A stretch of 64,000 nucleotides of DNA. It comes from an uncultured Clostridia bacterium (GTDB taxonomy: Bacteria > Bacillota > Clostridia > Oscillospirales > Acutalibacteraceae). Made by a program: the position numbers and the translations under genes. Positions 42,861-52,051 of the stretch are shown here, in pieces. The notes beneath the pieces are model-generated. The model searched no databases and had not been told where the DNA came from. It worked only from the letters and a program-made list of their open reading frames with translations. Each line of letters opens with the position of its first letter. Position 1 is the stretch's first letter. The stretch lies in contig CAJFUH010000003.1 in the NCBI GenBank assembly GCA_904420155.1, positions 11,475-75,474 on the forward strand. The letters run 5' to 3'.

Positions 42861-43084
42861 TATGCTTCCTCCCCATCCATCCTGCCCAATACCCGGATTC
42901 CCGCCTGTTGCAGAATCGTTTCCGCTTCCTCTATATGGTGGGGCACATGCAGAGCATATCCACAGCCGCCCGTCCGTTCCATTTTAGGAACGCGTTCCAA
43001 ATAAGCGGAAATTCCTTGACGGCCCAGCAAATCCCTGCCTTTCATGGCATAGGTAATGGAACTCACCAGAATCAAAGGCTTGCC
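42860..43084 (-). CDS. DUF3343 (putative S/Se carrier-like) small protein
   Basis: 74 aa from the ATG after AGAGGTGA. Single conserved GGCG motif. Its stop overlaps the start of the desulfurase gene. Confidence 0.6.
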   Translation of the reverse strand, partial: GKPLILVSSITYAMKGRDLLGRQGISAYLERVPKMERTGGCGYALHVPHHIEEAETILQQAGIRVLGRMDGEEA

Positions 43085-43147
43085 CATAAATAAGATCACC
43101 TCTTTGTTTTTTTATCAGTATATGCAAAGAGGGGACCTCTTGTCTGC

Positions 43148-43621
43148 TTATTTTTCGATGAGGCACACGGCATGCGCAGCGATACCTTCCCCAGAGCCGG
43201 TAAATCCCAGCCCTTCCTCCGTAGTGGCCTTCACATTGATCTGGTCCATTGAGATTTCACAGGCCGCCGACAGCCGCTCTCTCATTGGGAGAATATACGG
43301 TTTCATTTTAGGAGCCTGCGCCAATATCGTAGCGTCAATGTTATTAATATGATACCCATTTTCTTTCAATTTGGAACATACTACTTGTAACAATTGGATA
43401 CTGTCCGCCCCCTGGTACGCAGGATCATGATCCGGAAACCACCCGCCGATATCGCCCAAAGCCGCGGCTCCCAACAGCGCGTCCATGATGGCGTGGGTTA
43501 GCACATCCGCATCTGAATGTCCCAAAAGTCCCTTCTCATAAGGAATAGACACCCCCCCTATCATGCATAGACGATTTTCTGCCAGGCGGTGTACATCGTA
43601 ACCATGTCCAATTCGTATCAT
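43148..43621 (-). CDS. ispF: 2-C-methyl-D-erythritol 2,4-cyclodiphosphate synthase
   Basis: 157 aa with IGHGYDVHR and GHSDADV. Confidence 0.97.
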   Translation of the reverse strand: MIRIGHGYDVHRLAENRLCMIGGVSIPYEKGLLGHSDADVLTHAIMDALLGAAALGDIGGWFPDHDPAYQGADSIQLLQVVCSKLKENGYHINNIDATILAQAPKMKPYILPMRERLSAACEISMDQINVKATTEEGLGFTGSGEGIAAHAVCLIEK

Positions 43622-44331
43622 TTGGATTCCTCCCTTTTTTGCAGAATAATCTCGGCTACCGCCAGATCGTCTGCGGTTGTAATCTTGTTGTTTTCATAGG
43701 AGCCCATGCACAAATGGACATTTCGCCCACAGTGCTCCATCAGCTGACAATCGTCGGTATAATCCGCTCCCTCTTTCCGGGCTTGCTGCATAGCCTGTTG
43801 ATACCCTATTTTTTCAAATACCTGAGGGGTCTGAATACTCCATAAAGAGGATCTATTTGGCGTCTCTATGACCCATCCCCGCTGATTCGCTATTTTAATG
43901 GTATCCTTGACCGGAACCGCCAGCGTAGAACATCCCCACTGGAACGCGTCTTCGATCACTCGGTCAATTTCAACCGGGCGGATCAATGCCCTGGCCCCAT
44001 CATGAATAGCCAAATATCCTATATCAGGAGAGGACGCTTGCACTCCCCGCCAGACTGATTGCTGACGGGTCGCCCCTCCTTCTACCAACGCCTTGACTTT
44101 CTGTATGCCATAATCCTGTATCACTAATTGTATGGCCGGCTTTTCCTGCACCCGGCATACCACCACGATCTCGTCTACCTTTCTCGCATGATCAAAAGCC
44201 TGTAATGTGTGGGCAATTACCGGTTTTCCGCAAAGGGGAAGAAGCTGTTTGTTGATCGTCCCCCCCATCCGGGTGGAGTTGCCTGCCGCTACCACCACAG
44301 CGCAAACAGAACGATTAGAAAAGGATATCAT
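43618..44331 (-). CDS. ispD: 2-C-methyl-D-erythritol 4-phosphate cytidylyltransferase
   Basis: 237 aa with [11 protein letters not shown]. Overlaps ispF by 4 nt. Confidence 0.95.
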   Translation of the reverse strand: MISFSNRSVCAVVVAAGNSTRMGGTINKQLLPLCGKPVIAHTLQAFDHARKVDEIVVVCRVQEKPAIQLVIQDYGIQKVKALVEGGATRQQSVWRGVQASSPDIGYLAIHDGARALIRPVEIDRVIEDAFQWGCSTLAVPVKDTIKIANQRGWVIETPNRSSLWSIQTPQVFEKIGYQQAMQQARKEGADYTDDCQLMEHCGRNVHLCMGSYENNKITTADDLAVAEIILQKREESK

Positions 44332-44379
44332 AACTCTCTCCTTTCAGCGTAGGAAAATACATCACCAAAGGGTAAAAAT

Positions 44380-44418
44380 GAAAGGAACCCGGCGCTTTCC
44401 GCATTCCGGGTTCTTTTT
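44380..44418 (-). terminator. terminator after the oxidoreductase operon (orientation ambiguous)
   Basis: GAACCCGG-12 nt-CCGGGTTC with T-rich flanks on both strands. Confidence 0.55.
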
Positions 44419-44456
44419 AACGTTTAAATATTCCCTAACCAGCCTTTCATTGGAAA

Positions 44457-44999
44457 TTATCCCTCATATTCCATACCAATGCGAATGGCCTTTCGGTTGT
44501 TATCCAGCAAATGCATCTTGGACGGCGGAATACATTTCTGAAGCGCTTGATCCAAAATTTCCTCCGAACAGAACTGGCATTCCCGGAAAAGCTTTCCAAG
44601 AAGGATAATATTGGCGCCTCCCTTTAACCCATTTTCTTCCGCTAAACGGGACGCTGGGATATAGAAAGCCTTTACGTCATCCCGTTCTACTTTTTTGGAA
44701 ATCAAATAGCTGTCTACCAGAACCGTACCTCCCGGCTGGACATCATTGATGAAACGGTCAAACGACGGCAAATTCATAGCTATAAAGACATTGGGCGTGA
44801 CCACTAAAGGAGATCCGATGGGTTTGTCGGAAATACAGACACTACAGTTGGCGGTACCGCCACGCATCTCCGGCCCATAGGAAGGCAACCAAGAAATCTC
44901 TTTCCCCTCCAGCAAACCGCTGTATGCAATCACCTTGCCAGCAAACAACACGCCTTGTCCGCCAAATCCCGCCAGCAGTAAATTGAGATCCTTATTCAT
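44457..44999 (-). CDS. 2-oxoacid:ferredoxin oxidoreductase, gamma subunit
   Basis: 180 aa with [11 protein letters not shown]. Confidence 0.9.
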   Translation of the reverse strand: MNKDLNLLLAGFGGQGVLFAGKVIAYSGLLEGKEISWLPSYGPEMRGGTANCSVCISDKPIGSPLVVTPNVFIAMNLPSFDRFINDVQPGGTVLVDSYLISKKVERDDVKAFYIPASRLAEENGLKGGANIILLGKLFRECQFCSEEILDQALQKCIPPSKMHLLDNNRKAIRIGMEYEG

Positions 45000-45753
45000 G
45001 CTTCAGTCTCGCCCCTTTCTCAGAGTCCTTATATACCCCCAAAGGATAATAAGGGATCATATTTTCCCGCAGCCAATCCAACGCTTCCACAGGCGTCATC
45101 CCCCAGTTAGTGGGACAAGTGGATAGGACCTCTACAATGGAAAATCCCTTTTTGGCGATCTGATTTTCAAACGCCTTTTTGATAGCTTTTTTTGCAATAA
45201 CCACATTTTTCACGCAGTCCACCGTAACGCGCTGCGCCAAGGCTACGCCGTCCAAAGTAGACAGCATCTCGCAAATGCGGATGGGATAACCCGCCATATT
45301 GACGTCGCGTCCATAAGGGGTGGTCTGGGTCACCTGTCCAGGCAGGGAAGTCGGGGCCATTTGCCCGCCAGTCATGCCATAAATAGCATTATTAATAAAG
45401 ATTACCGTAATATTCTCACCACGGGTCGCCGCATGTACTGTTTCCGCAGTACCAATAGCAGCCAAGTCTCCGTCCCCCTGATAGGTAAAAATCACATTAT
45501 CCGGGCAAGCGCGCTTGAGGCCCGTCGCTACAGCCGGCGCACGACCGTGAGGGGCTTCTACCATATCGCAAGAGAAATAATCATAATTCATCACCGCGCA
45601 GCCAACCGGGGCCACGCCGACAGCTTTTCCTTCTACCCCCAGCTCATCCATTACTTCTGCAACCAGCCGATGTACAATGCCATGGGTACATCCAGGGCAG
45701 TAATGGAAGGGCACATCCGTGAGGGCGTGCGGCTTATCAAACACAACAGCCAT
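44992..45753 (-). CDS. 2-oxoacid:ferredoxin oxidoreductase, beta (TPP-binding) subunit
   Basis: 253 aa with CPGCTHG and GDGD TPP motifs. Confidence 0.9.
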   Translation of the reverse strand: MAVVFDKPHALTDVPFHYCPGCTHGIVHRLVAEVMDELGVEGKAVGVAPVGCAVMNYDYFSCDMVEAPHGRAPAVATGLKRACPDNVIFTYQGDGDLAAIGTAETVHAATRGENITVIFINNAIYGMTGGQMAPTSLPGQVTQTTPYGRDVNMAGYPIRICEMLSTLDGVALAQRVTVDCVKNVVIAKKAIKKAFENQIAKKGFSIVEVLSTCPTNWGMTPVEALDWLRENMIPYYPLGVYKDSEKGARLKHE

Positions 45754-46817
45754 TATTTGGCACCTCCCATCAGATTTTCAATGGCCCCCAACACTTCGGC
45801 CGGGGTAGGGATGACGCCGCCGGTACGTCCATAAAATTCCACCGGCTTTACGCCATTGACCGCCAGGCGAACGTCGTCCACCATTTGTCCCATGCTCATT
45901 TCCACTGTCAAAAATCCTTTGACGTGTTGGGTCGCCCGTTTGATGGCATCCTGTGGGAACGGCCACAGGGTGATGGGACGGATCAGACCGGCCTTGATAC
46001 CTTTTTCCCTGGCCGCATTGACCGCACTGCGGGATACACGGGCGGACGCCCCATAGGCAACTACTACATAATCGGCGTCTTCCACCAAATATTCTTCGGC
46101 CCGCTGCTGTGTTTTTTTGATCTCTTCATAACGCTGGAAACGCTCTCTCACCAACGCCTCCAGATCCGGAGCTTTTAAGTACAGGGAATTAACAACATTA
46201 TGTTTGCGTTTTCCCTGGTGCCCGTTGGTGGCCCACGGCTTCTCAATAGGTTTCCGATCGGAAGAAGAACGGATCTCCACCGGTTCCATCATCTGTCCCA
46301 GCATACCGTCCGCCAAAATCATAGCCGGCATACGGTATTGATCCGCCAAATCAAACGCGTCCGCTACCAGATCCACCATTTCCTGTACAGTAGACGGCGC
46401 AAACACCAGCAGCTGGAAATCTCCATGCCCCGTGGCCTTAGTAGCCTGCCAATAATCCGCCTGGGAGGGCTGAATGCCGCCTAAACCTGGGCCGCCGCGC
46501 TGTACGTTGATAATCAACGCCGGTAAGTCGGAACCTGCTATGTAAGAAATTCCCTCTGTTTTTAAACTGATGCCTGGGGAAGAAGAGGACGTCATGGCCC
46601 GCATCCCAGCCGATGCCGCACCCAAAACCATATTGATGGCGGCAATTTCTGATTCCGCCTGTAAATAGGTTCCCCCTATTTTCGGCATCCTTTTCGACAT
46701 GTATGCAGCCAGTTCGGTCTGCGGGGTGATGGGATATCCAAAGAAATGGCGGCATCCTGCCTGGATAGCAGCTTCCGCCAGCGCTTCATTTCCCTTCATT
46801 AATACTCGTTCTGACAC
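45753..46817 (-). CDS. 2-oxoacid:ferredoxin oxidoreductase, alpha subunit
   Basis: 354 aa with [14 protein letters not shown]...GYPITP. Confidence 0.9.
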   Translation of the reverse strand: MSERVLMKGNEALAEAAIQAGCRHFFGYPITPQTELAAYMSKRMPKIGGTYLQAESEIAAINMVLGAASAGMRAMTSSSSPGISLKTEGISYIAGSDLPALIINVQRGGPGLGGIQPSQADYWQATKATGHGDFQLLVFAPSTVQEMVDLVADAFDLADQYRMPAMILADGMLGQMMEPVEIRSSSDRKPIEKPWATNGHQGKRKHNVVNSLYLKAPDLEALVRERFQRYEEIKKTQQRAEEYLVEDADYVVVAYGASARVSRSAVNAAREKGIKAGLIRPITLWPFPQDAIKRATQHVKGFLTVEMSMGQMVDDVRLAVNGVKPVEFYGRTGGVIPTPAEVLGAIENLMGGAK

Positions 46818-46827
46818 TAGCTTTCAC

Positions 46828-47034
46828 TTACCTTTCTACTATAATCGCCACATCCGGGCACATCATGGCACAGGAAGCGCATCCTGTACATTTTTCCGGA
46901 TCGATCAACTGGGCCGGATGATATCCTTTGCTATTGATCTTATCCTTGGAAAGTGCAATAATCTTTCGGGGACAGGAATTAGCGCAAAGCCCGCAGCCCT
47001 TACAGATCTCCTCTTTCACAATAATTCTCGGCAT
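46828..47034 (-). CDS. 2-oxoacid:ferredoxin oxidoreductase, delta subunit (2x[4Fe-4S] ferredoxin)
   Basis: 68 aa with CKGCGLCANSCP and CTGCASCAMMCP. Confidence 0.9.
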   Translation of the reverse strand: MPRIIVKEEICKGCGLCANSCPRKIIALSKDKINSKGYHPAQLIDPEKCTGCASCAMMCPDVAIIVER

Positions 47035-47056
47035 ACTCTATCACCTCTTCTTTTTT

Positions 47057-47737
47057 CTACTCGCCGGCTTCCCAAGGGGGCCGGACATATCTATCAACTG
47101 GGTACAAAGGGGTTACCTTTGCGGATAAATCAGGATACAGAGCCCTCGGGCAGGTATTGGTCACTAACGGAAGGCCCAAAAGTTCCGCGGTCTTTTTTGC
47201 ATAATCCACGGAGCGGAGGATATCTTCTCCCGTGGTGAGATCCTGCATATGGGAATTATTAACAACTCCCGTTGCCTTAAGGCGGCAAGCGGCTTCAATT
47301 TCCCTTAATAAGGCCGCCGCTTCTTCCGGTTGTGTCGTAAGCGCCCGGTAGCGGTTCACCACATAATGCATGGAAAATCGTCCCATTTGACGAATGGTAT
47401 GCGCATACCTTCCCAGCGCCACGGCTCCCGCATCGTCTCCTCCGACATCAATGATAACCATACGGTCCCGCATGGAAAAAATAGATTCCAGTTCTGCAGG
47501 CAGCGCCGGCATATCCACATTGGTATGGGCAAAAATAGGCGCGATTAACTGAATACCTTTCTCTTCCAGAAGTTCTTCATAATCAGAGGAACGAAAATAC
47601 GGATTGACAATATCTAAGTCTACCAGTGTGACCTTTTTTCCTTCCCGTACCAGATCCATGGCTAGGTTCAAAGCCAGGTTGGTTTTTCCACAACCATAAT
47701 GGCCACAGATAATATGAAATGATTCCAGTAAATCCAA
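47057..47737 (-). CDS. P-loop NTPase (SIMIBI/MinD-like fold, non-deviant Walker A)
   Basis: 226 aa. TTG start 7 nt after GGAG. Walker A GHYGCGKT and Walker B-like VIIDVGGDD. 22 nt upstream of the delta subunit gene. Confidence 0.7.
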   Translation of the reverse strand: MDLLESFHIICGHYGCGKTNLALNLAMDLVREGKKVTLVDLDIVNPYFRSSDYEELLEEKGIQLIAPIFAHTNVDMPALPAELESIFSMRDRMVIIDVGGDDAGAVALGRYAHTIRQMGRFSMHYVVNRYRALTTQPEEAAALLREIEAACRLKATGVVNNSHMQDLTTGEDILRSVDYAKKTAELLGLPLVTNTCPRALYPDLSAKVTPLYPVDRYVRPPWEAGE

Positions 47738-47780
47738 ATTTTTTCTCCATTCTTTCTAAAAAATTTGCCGATTGAGTTTC

Positions 47781-47809
47781 ATTATACCACCTTTTTACTC
47801 TATACACAA
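47781..47809 (-). promoter_or_regulatory. promoter of the ATPase-oxidoreductase operon
   Basis: Minus strand: TTGTGT-17 nt-TATAAT with a TG extension (TGGTATAAT). Confidence 0.55.
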
Positions 47810-47812
47810 TGG

Positions 47813-47887
47813 CAGAAAAAGAGAATATACAAAAAGAATGTTGGAAAAGATGGTTCCAACATCAGGAATACACAGAAAAAGAGAATA
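47813..47887. repeat. two exact 15-bp direct repeats 60 bp apart, flanking a 9-bp perfect inverted repeat
   Basis: CAGAAAAAGAGAATA at 47813-47827 and 47873-47887. ATGTTGGAA-7 nt-TTCCAACAT at 47838-47862. Confidence 0.85.
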
Positions 47888-47941
47888 CGCTATTAAACAA
47901 AATAAATCTTTTGTATAGTTAGTATTTATAATGTAATACAT

Positions 47942-47975
47942 AAAATGGATGGGAACTGCCTGTCCCATCCATTTT
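47942..47975 (-). terminator. terminator after the SGNH hydrolase gene
   Basis: AAAATGGATGGGA-8 nt-TCCCATCCATTTT. Confidence 0.55.
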
Positions 47976-47985
47976 GGAATGCTTT

Positions 47986-48714
47986 TTACCCTTCAAACAG
48001 CCTATTTTGAGCATAGGACGAAAAAGTTTCCCCTAATACTTTTTGGCCTTGTTCATTGAGGTGGATCCCGTCCAAGCATAGATAATCCCGGTAATTACGC
48101 AAGGTAAGAAACCGATCCCGCACGTCAATGAGAGGTAAGCCCTCTGTATAGGCCAGCCGGTCTATTGCCAAGGAATAACGTTCTTGCTGGCGGTATATGA
48201 TGTCCTTTTGCTTGAGCCATTGTAACACCTTTTCCCCATTGACCCCTTTCAATTGACTGATCCAATTGAAATAACGCCCTGCGTCAATGGGCGGCAAATT
48301 CATCAATATCGGACGAATATGATGTTCCAGCAACGTATCCACCATCTGTTTCATCGTAGCAGTGAATTCTTCAAAGGGGGTATGGGGCTGATGCTCCTGC
48401 TCCGGATGCTCTGAAACCTCTACCCAATTATAATCGCAGTCATTGCCGCCAAACTCCAATAGAACCGCATCCGCCTGAAACCCTTTGTTCAAGGCCCGTT
48501 CCAGATTATCCAAGGCCTTAGGCGCAGTACAGCCAAAACGGGAATTATTTTTGATGCTCAAGGGGAATACCTTGCTAAAAAGGTTGACGGAGCACTGCTT
48601 GAGCGGACGATATTTTCCATCGGTTTCATCCAGTACAATACCTTTAAGCAGTGAATCTCCCCATATCCCTAAATTTTGAATCGTTGGTGTCTTCACTATA
48701 CTCACGCTCCCCAC
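47986..48714 (-). CDS. SGNH/GDSL-family hydrolase
   Basis: 242 aa with GDS block (IWGDSL), GGND block (EFGGNDCD) and DGIH block. Confidence 0.8.
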   Translation of the reverse strand: MGSVSIVKTPTIQNLGIWGDSLLKGIVLDETDGKYRPLKQCSVNLFSKVFPLSIKNNSRFGCTAPKALDNLERALNKGFQADAVLLEFGGNDCDYNWVEVSEHPEQEHQPHTPFEEFTATMKQMVDTLLEHHIRPILMNLPPIDAGRYFNWISQLKGVNGEKVLQWLKQKDIIYRQQERYSLAIDRLAYTEGLPLIDVRDRFLTLRNYRDYLCLDGIHLNEQGQKVLGETFSSYAQNRLFEG

Positions 48715-48835
48715 AGTCTTTCTATGTTACCTTTCTCAGACTGTGCTCATATTATACCGGACACATATGAATGTTATGTTAAGATTTCGTTACATTTATG
48801 ATTTATTGTGGTTTTAAAAACAAGATAAACTGTTC

Positions 48836-49051
48836 TCAAAGTTTCGACTGTTTCTTTTGTGTAACATTTCGGCGGCGTTGGGTCTCCTGCTGGTCAATAG
48901 TGAGTTGGCCTTCCTCGGAGATCCGCAAAACATCCCCTTCTTTCGCCCCTGCGGGAAGCTCCGTTTTTTCAATTGCGAACATATGCTTTTCCTTGTCCTC
49001 ACAAAGGGCAAAATTCTGCTCAAAACGATCAATAATCAATTGTTTCATCAT
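48836..49051 (-). CDS. DUF3006 domain protein
   Basis: 71 aa with [13 protein letters not shown]...GDVL pattern. Overlaps the preceding MBL gene by 23 nt. Confidence 0.65.
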   Translation of the reverse strand: MMKQLIIDRFEQNFALCEDKEKHMFAIEKTELPAGAKEGDVLRISEEGQLTIDQQETQRRRNVTQKKQSKL

Positions 49052-49988
49052 AAGTTCCCCTTTCTGTAATCCATGTCAATCCCTGGCCGTAGGAAGCCGC
49101 GATCACCGTGCCGTCCTGATCCGTCCTCCAGATCCAGACACCCAGATCCTGCAAGCGCTGTAACACCTCTTGTTTGGGCAGATTATTCCTATCTTCTCCC
49201 ACGGAAATCACCGCTACGCGGGGCTGTACGGATTCCAGTAGTTCGGGAGTGGTGGAAGTATCGCTGCCATGGTGCCCTACTTTGAGTACATCCGCATGGA
49301 GATCATAACCGGCGCTTAGCAGGTCGTTCTCCGCCTCCCCTTCTGCATCTCCCATAAACAGGAAACTGTCTTCCTGATAGGAAAGCTTGAGGATAATAGA
49401 GTTGTTGTTGCTATCCTCATATACTTTTTGCGGTCCTAAAATCTGAATTTGCACCTCTCCAATGGCAAAAGACGTTCCGGGCGTGGGAGAAATCTGGGCG
49501 ATCTGTTTCGCTTCCAACGCATATACCATTTTCTGAAAGCTTAAAGAATTCGATATCGTCTCTTCCGGGACATAAGGCATCAAGAATTGTTCCACCTCAA
49601 AGTCCAACAATACATTGGCCATGCCTCCAATATGATCCTGGTCCGGATGGGTAGCCACCACCAGATCCAACCTGCTTACCCCCTGCTTCTCCAGATATTC
49701 GGCCGTGCGGGCATACAGGTCCACATCCCCCGCGTCAATCAAAATGTTCTTTCCCTTACAGGTGATAAAAATACTGTCCGCTTTCCCCACATCGATAAAA
49801 TGGACAGAAAAATCGTAATCTTGGGAGGAAATCGTATGATCCGATAAGCCAAAAAAAGAAAAAATTTCCCGCCATCCAACCATTCCAAAAGGGCGAAAGG
49901 TAAATAACGCAGATAACACGATTACCAACGTCAATGCAATCCCGATCCACCAAGCCCGTTTTATCTTGGCTTTTTGGTTTGATTCCAT
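49029..49988 (-). CDS. ComEC/Rec2-related MBL-fold hydrolase (membrane-anchored; no competence channel domain)
   Basis: 319 aa. One N-terminal TM helix, [12 protein letters not shown] and VGHHGS motifs. Confidence 0.8.
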   Translation of the reverse strand: MESNQKAKIKRAWWIGIALTLVIVLSALFTFRPFGMVGWREIFSFFGLSDHTISSQDYDFSVHFIDVGKADSIFITCKGKNILIDAGDVDLYARTAEYLEKQGVSRLDLVVATHPDQDHIGGMANVLLDFEVEQFLMPYVPEETISNSLSFQKMVYALEAKQIAQISPTPGTSFAIGEVQIQILGPQKVYEDSNNNSIILKLSYQEDSFLFMGDAEGEAENDLLSAGYDLHADVLKVGHHGSDTSTTPELLESVQPRVAVISVGEDRNNLPKQEVLQRLQDLGVWIWRTDQDGTVIAASYGQGLTWITERGTYDETIDY

Positions 49989-51880
49989 ACACGACTCCTT
50001 TTTCCTTTCTTTGGATTAGCAGGCGGCTGATTTCTTGATTTTTGCTTTCTATTTTGGGCAAGCGCCCCCTTCGCTTTTGGGGCAGTCTGTGGATCCCCTT
50101 TTACGAGGCAATGGGGACCATTTCCAATCAAATCAGTCCTTCCCGCAAGACGGAGCGCTTCTAGGACCAGCGGCCGGTTCTTGGGGTTAAAATATTGCAG
50201 CAAGGCCCTCTGCATGGCTTTTTCCTTATCCGTACGGGGTACAAACACCGGCTCTAGCGTATAAGGATCCAGCCCTGTATAAAACATACAGGTGGAAATG
50301 GTCCCCGGCGTGGGATAAAAATCCTGTACCTGTTCCGGACGAATATGTTCTTCCTTTAAAAATAACGCAAGCTCAATGGCATCCTTGAGGGTAGAACCGG
50401 GATGGGAAGACATCAGATAAGGGACCAGATATTGTTCCTTGCCTATCTCTTTGGTCAGCCCATAAAAACGGCGGGCAAATTTTTTGTAGGTTTCTATATG
50501 TGGTTTCCCCATCCGGTCCAAAACAGCGGCGGAACAATGTTCCGGCGCAACTTTGAGCTGTCCGCTGATGTGATGTTCCACCAATTCCCGGAAAAAGGAA
50601 TCGTCTTTGTCCTCCATCAAATAATCAAATCGGATCCCTGAACGGATAAATACTTTTTTTACCTTGGGAATCGCACGGAGCTTTCTCAGTAACTGCAAAT
50701 ATTCCACATGATCCGCTTCCAATGCCCGGCATGGGGTCGGAGCTAAACATTTTTTTCCTTTACACAAGCCCAAAGTTTCCTGTTTTCGACAAGATGGATG
50801 ACGGAAATCCGCCGTAGGGCCGCCTACATCATGAATGTACCCTTTAAACCTGGGATTATGCGTGAAACGTTCCGCCTCCTGTAGCACCGACCTTTCACTG
50901 CGGGCAGTAATCGCCCTGCCTTGATGATAGGCAATCGAGCAGAAATTACAAGCGCCAAAACAGCCCCGGTTATGAGTGATGGAAAATTCCACCTCTTCGA
51001 TTGCGGGCACCCCGCCTTCCTTCTCATAGCAGGGGTGATACATACGTTCATAGGGCAACGCGTATACCGCATCCAATTCCTCCTGCTGGAGAGGAGGCAT
51101 GGGAGGATTTTGAATCACCAACATTTTCCCATGCTTTTGCAAAACGGTACGCCCCCGTACCGCATCATGCTCGTCCTGCTGTTTCCGGCAGGAGATGGCA
51201 TATTCCCTTTTGGAGGCCTTCACCTGTTCCAGGCTGGGACAGTCCACCGCCGGGCCCGGCGTATAATCTGCGGTGGGGATCACATAACAGGTCCCGCGGA
51301 TGTCCCGCATCTGTCCAGGAAGTTCCCCCTGCCGCCACCGATGGGCAATCTGTCGGATCTGATTTTCCCCCATACCGTAGATTAATAAATCCGCTCCGGA
51401 ATCCAGTAAGATAGAAGGGCGAATTGCATCGTCCCAGTAGTCATAATGGGCAAACCGGCGCAAAGAAGCTTCCAGACCTCCGATAACGACCGGCATGTCC
51501 GGATAGATTTGCTTGATCTTTTGGGTGTATACAATAACCGCCCGGTCAGGACGTTTTCCCGCTTTCCTTCCCGGGGAGTAAGCGTCGTCGCTCCTTTTGC
51601 GGCGGGCGGCGGTATAGTGTGCTACCATGGAATCAATATTGCCGGACGTCACTAAAAATCCAAGCTTCGGCCTCCCGAACCGGGTAAAATCCCGATCTGT
51701 TTTCCAATCCGGTTGTGCCAATATGGCTACATGAAAGCCCTCGTCTTCCAGTACACGGGAGATGATCGCCGGACCAAAACTGGGATGATCCACATAGGCA
51801 TCCCCTGTCACCAATACAAAATCCGGGGCGTCCCACCCCCTTTTCAATACTTCTTCTTTTGTGATCGGTAAAAATGCCAT
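49961..51880 (-). CDS. YgiQ family radical SAM protein
   Basis: [17 protein letters not shown] start, radical [11 protein letters not shown], and a long basic C-terminal tail. The track start at 51919 is less likely. Confidence 0.85.
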   Translation of the reverse strand: MAFLPITKEEVLKRGWDAPDFVLVTGDAYVDHPSFGPAIISRVLEDEGFHVAILAQPDWKTDRDFTRFGRPKLGFLVTSGNIDSMVAHYTAARRKRSDDAYSPGRKAGKRPDRAVIVYTQKIKQIYPDMPVVIGGLEASLRRFAHYDYWDDAIRPSILLDSGADLLIYGMGENQIRQIAHRWRQGELPGQMRDIRGTCYVIPTADYTPGPAVDCPSLEQVKASKREYAISCRKQQDEHDAVRGRTVLQKHGKMLVIQNPPMPPLQQEELDAVYALPYERMYHPCYEKEGGVPAIEEVEFSITHNRGCFGACNFCSIAYHQGRAITARSERSVLQEAERFTHNPRFKGYIHDVGGPTADFRHPSCRKQETLGLCKGKKCLAPTPCRALEADHVEYLQLLRKLRAIPKVKKVFIRSGIRFDYLMEDKDDSFFRELVEHHISGQLKVAPEHCSAAVLDRMGKPHIETYKKFARRFYGLTKEIGKEQYLVPYLMSSHPGSTLKDAIELALFLKEEHIRPEQVQDFYPTPGTISTCMFYTGLDPYTLEPVFVPRTDKEKAMQRALLQYFNPKNRPLVLEALRLAGRTDLIGNGPHCLVKGDPQTAPKAKGALAQNRKQKSRNQPPANPKKGKRSRVWNQTKKPR

Positions 51881-52051
51881 AACATGCAATCCTTTTCTAT
51901 TGTCAAAATATATCAGCAAACATACTTCTAAAGAGGATTTCCCCTCTTATTTTGTCGAAAATCTCCTCTGTAAAACTCCACGGTGAAACAGAGCCTATCG
52001 CCCTCCCACAGCAGAAATCTATCCTATTTCTCTTTCCATTAAAGCTATCGT

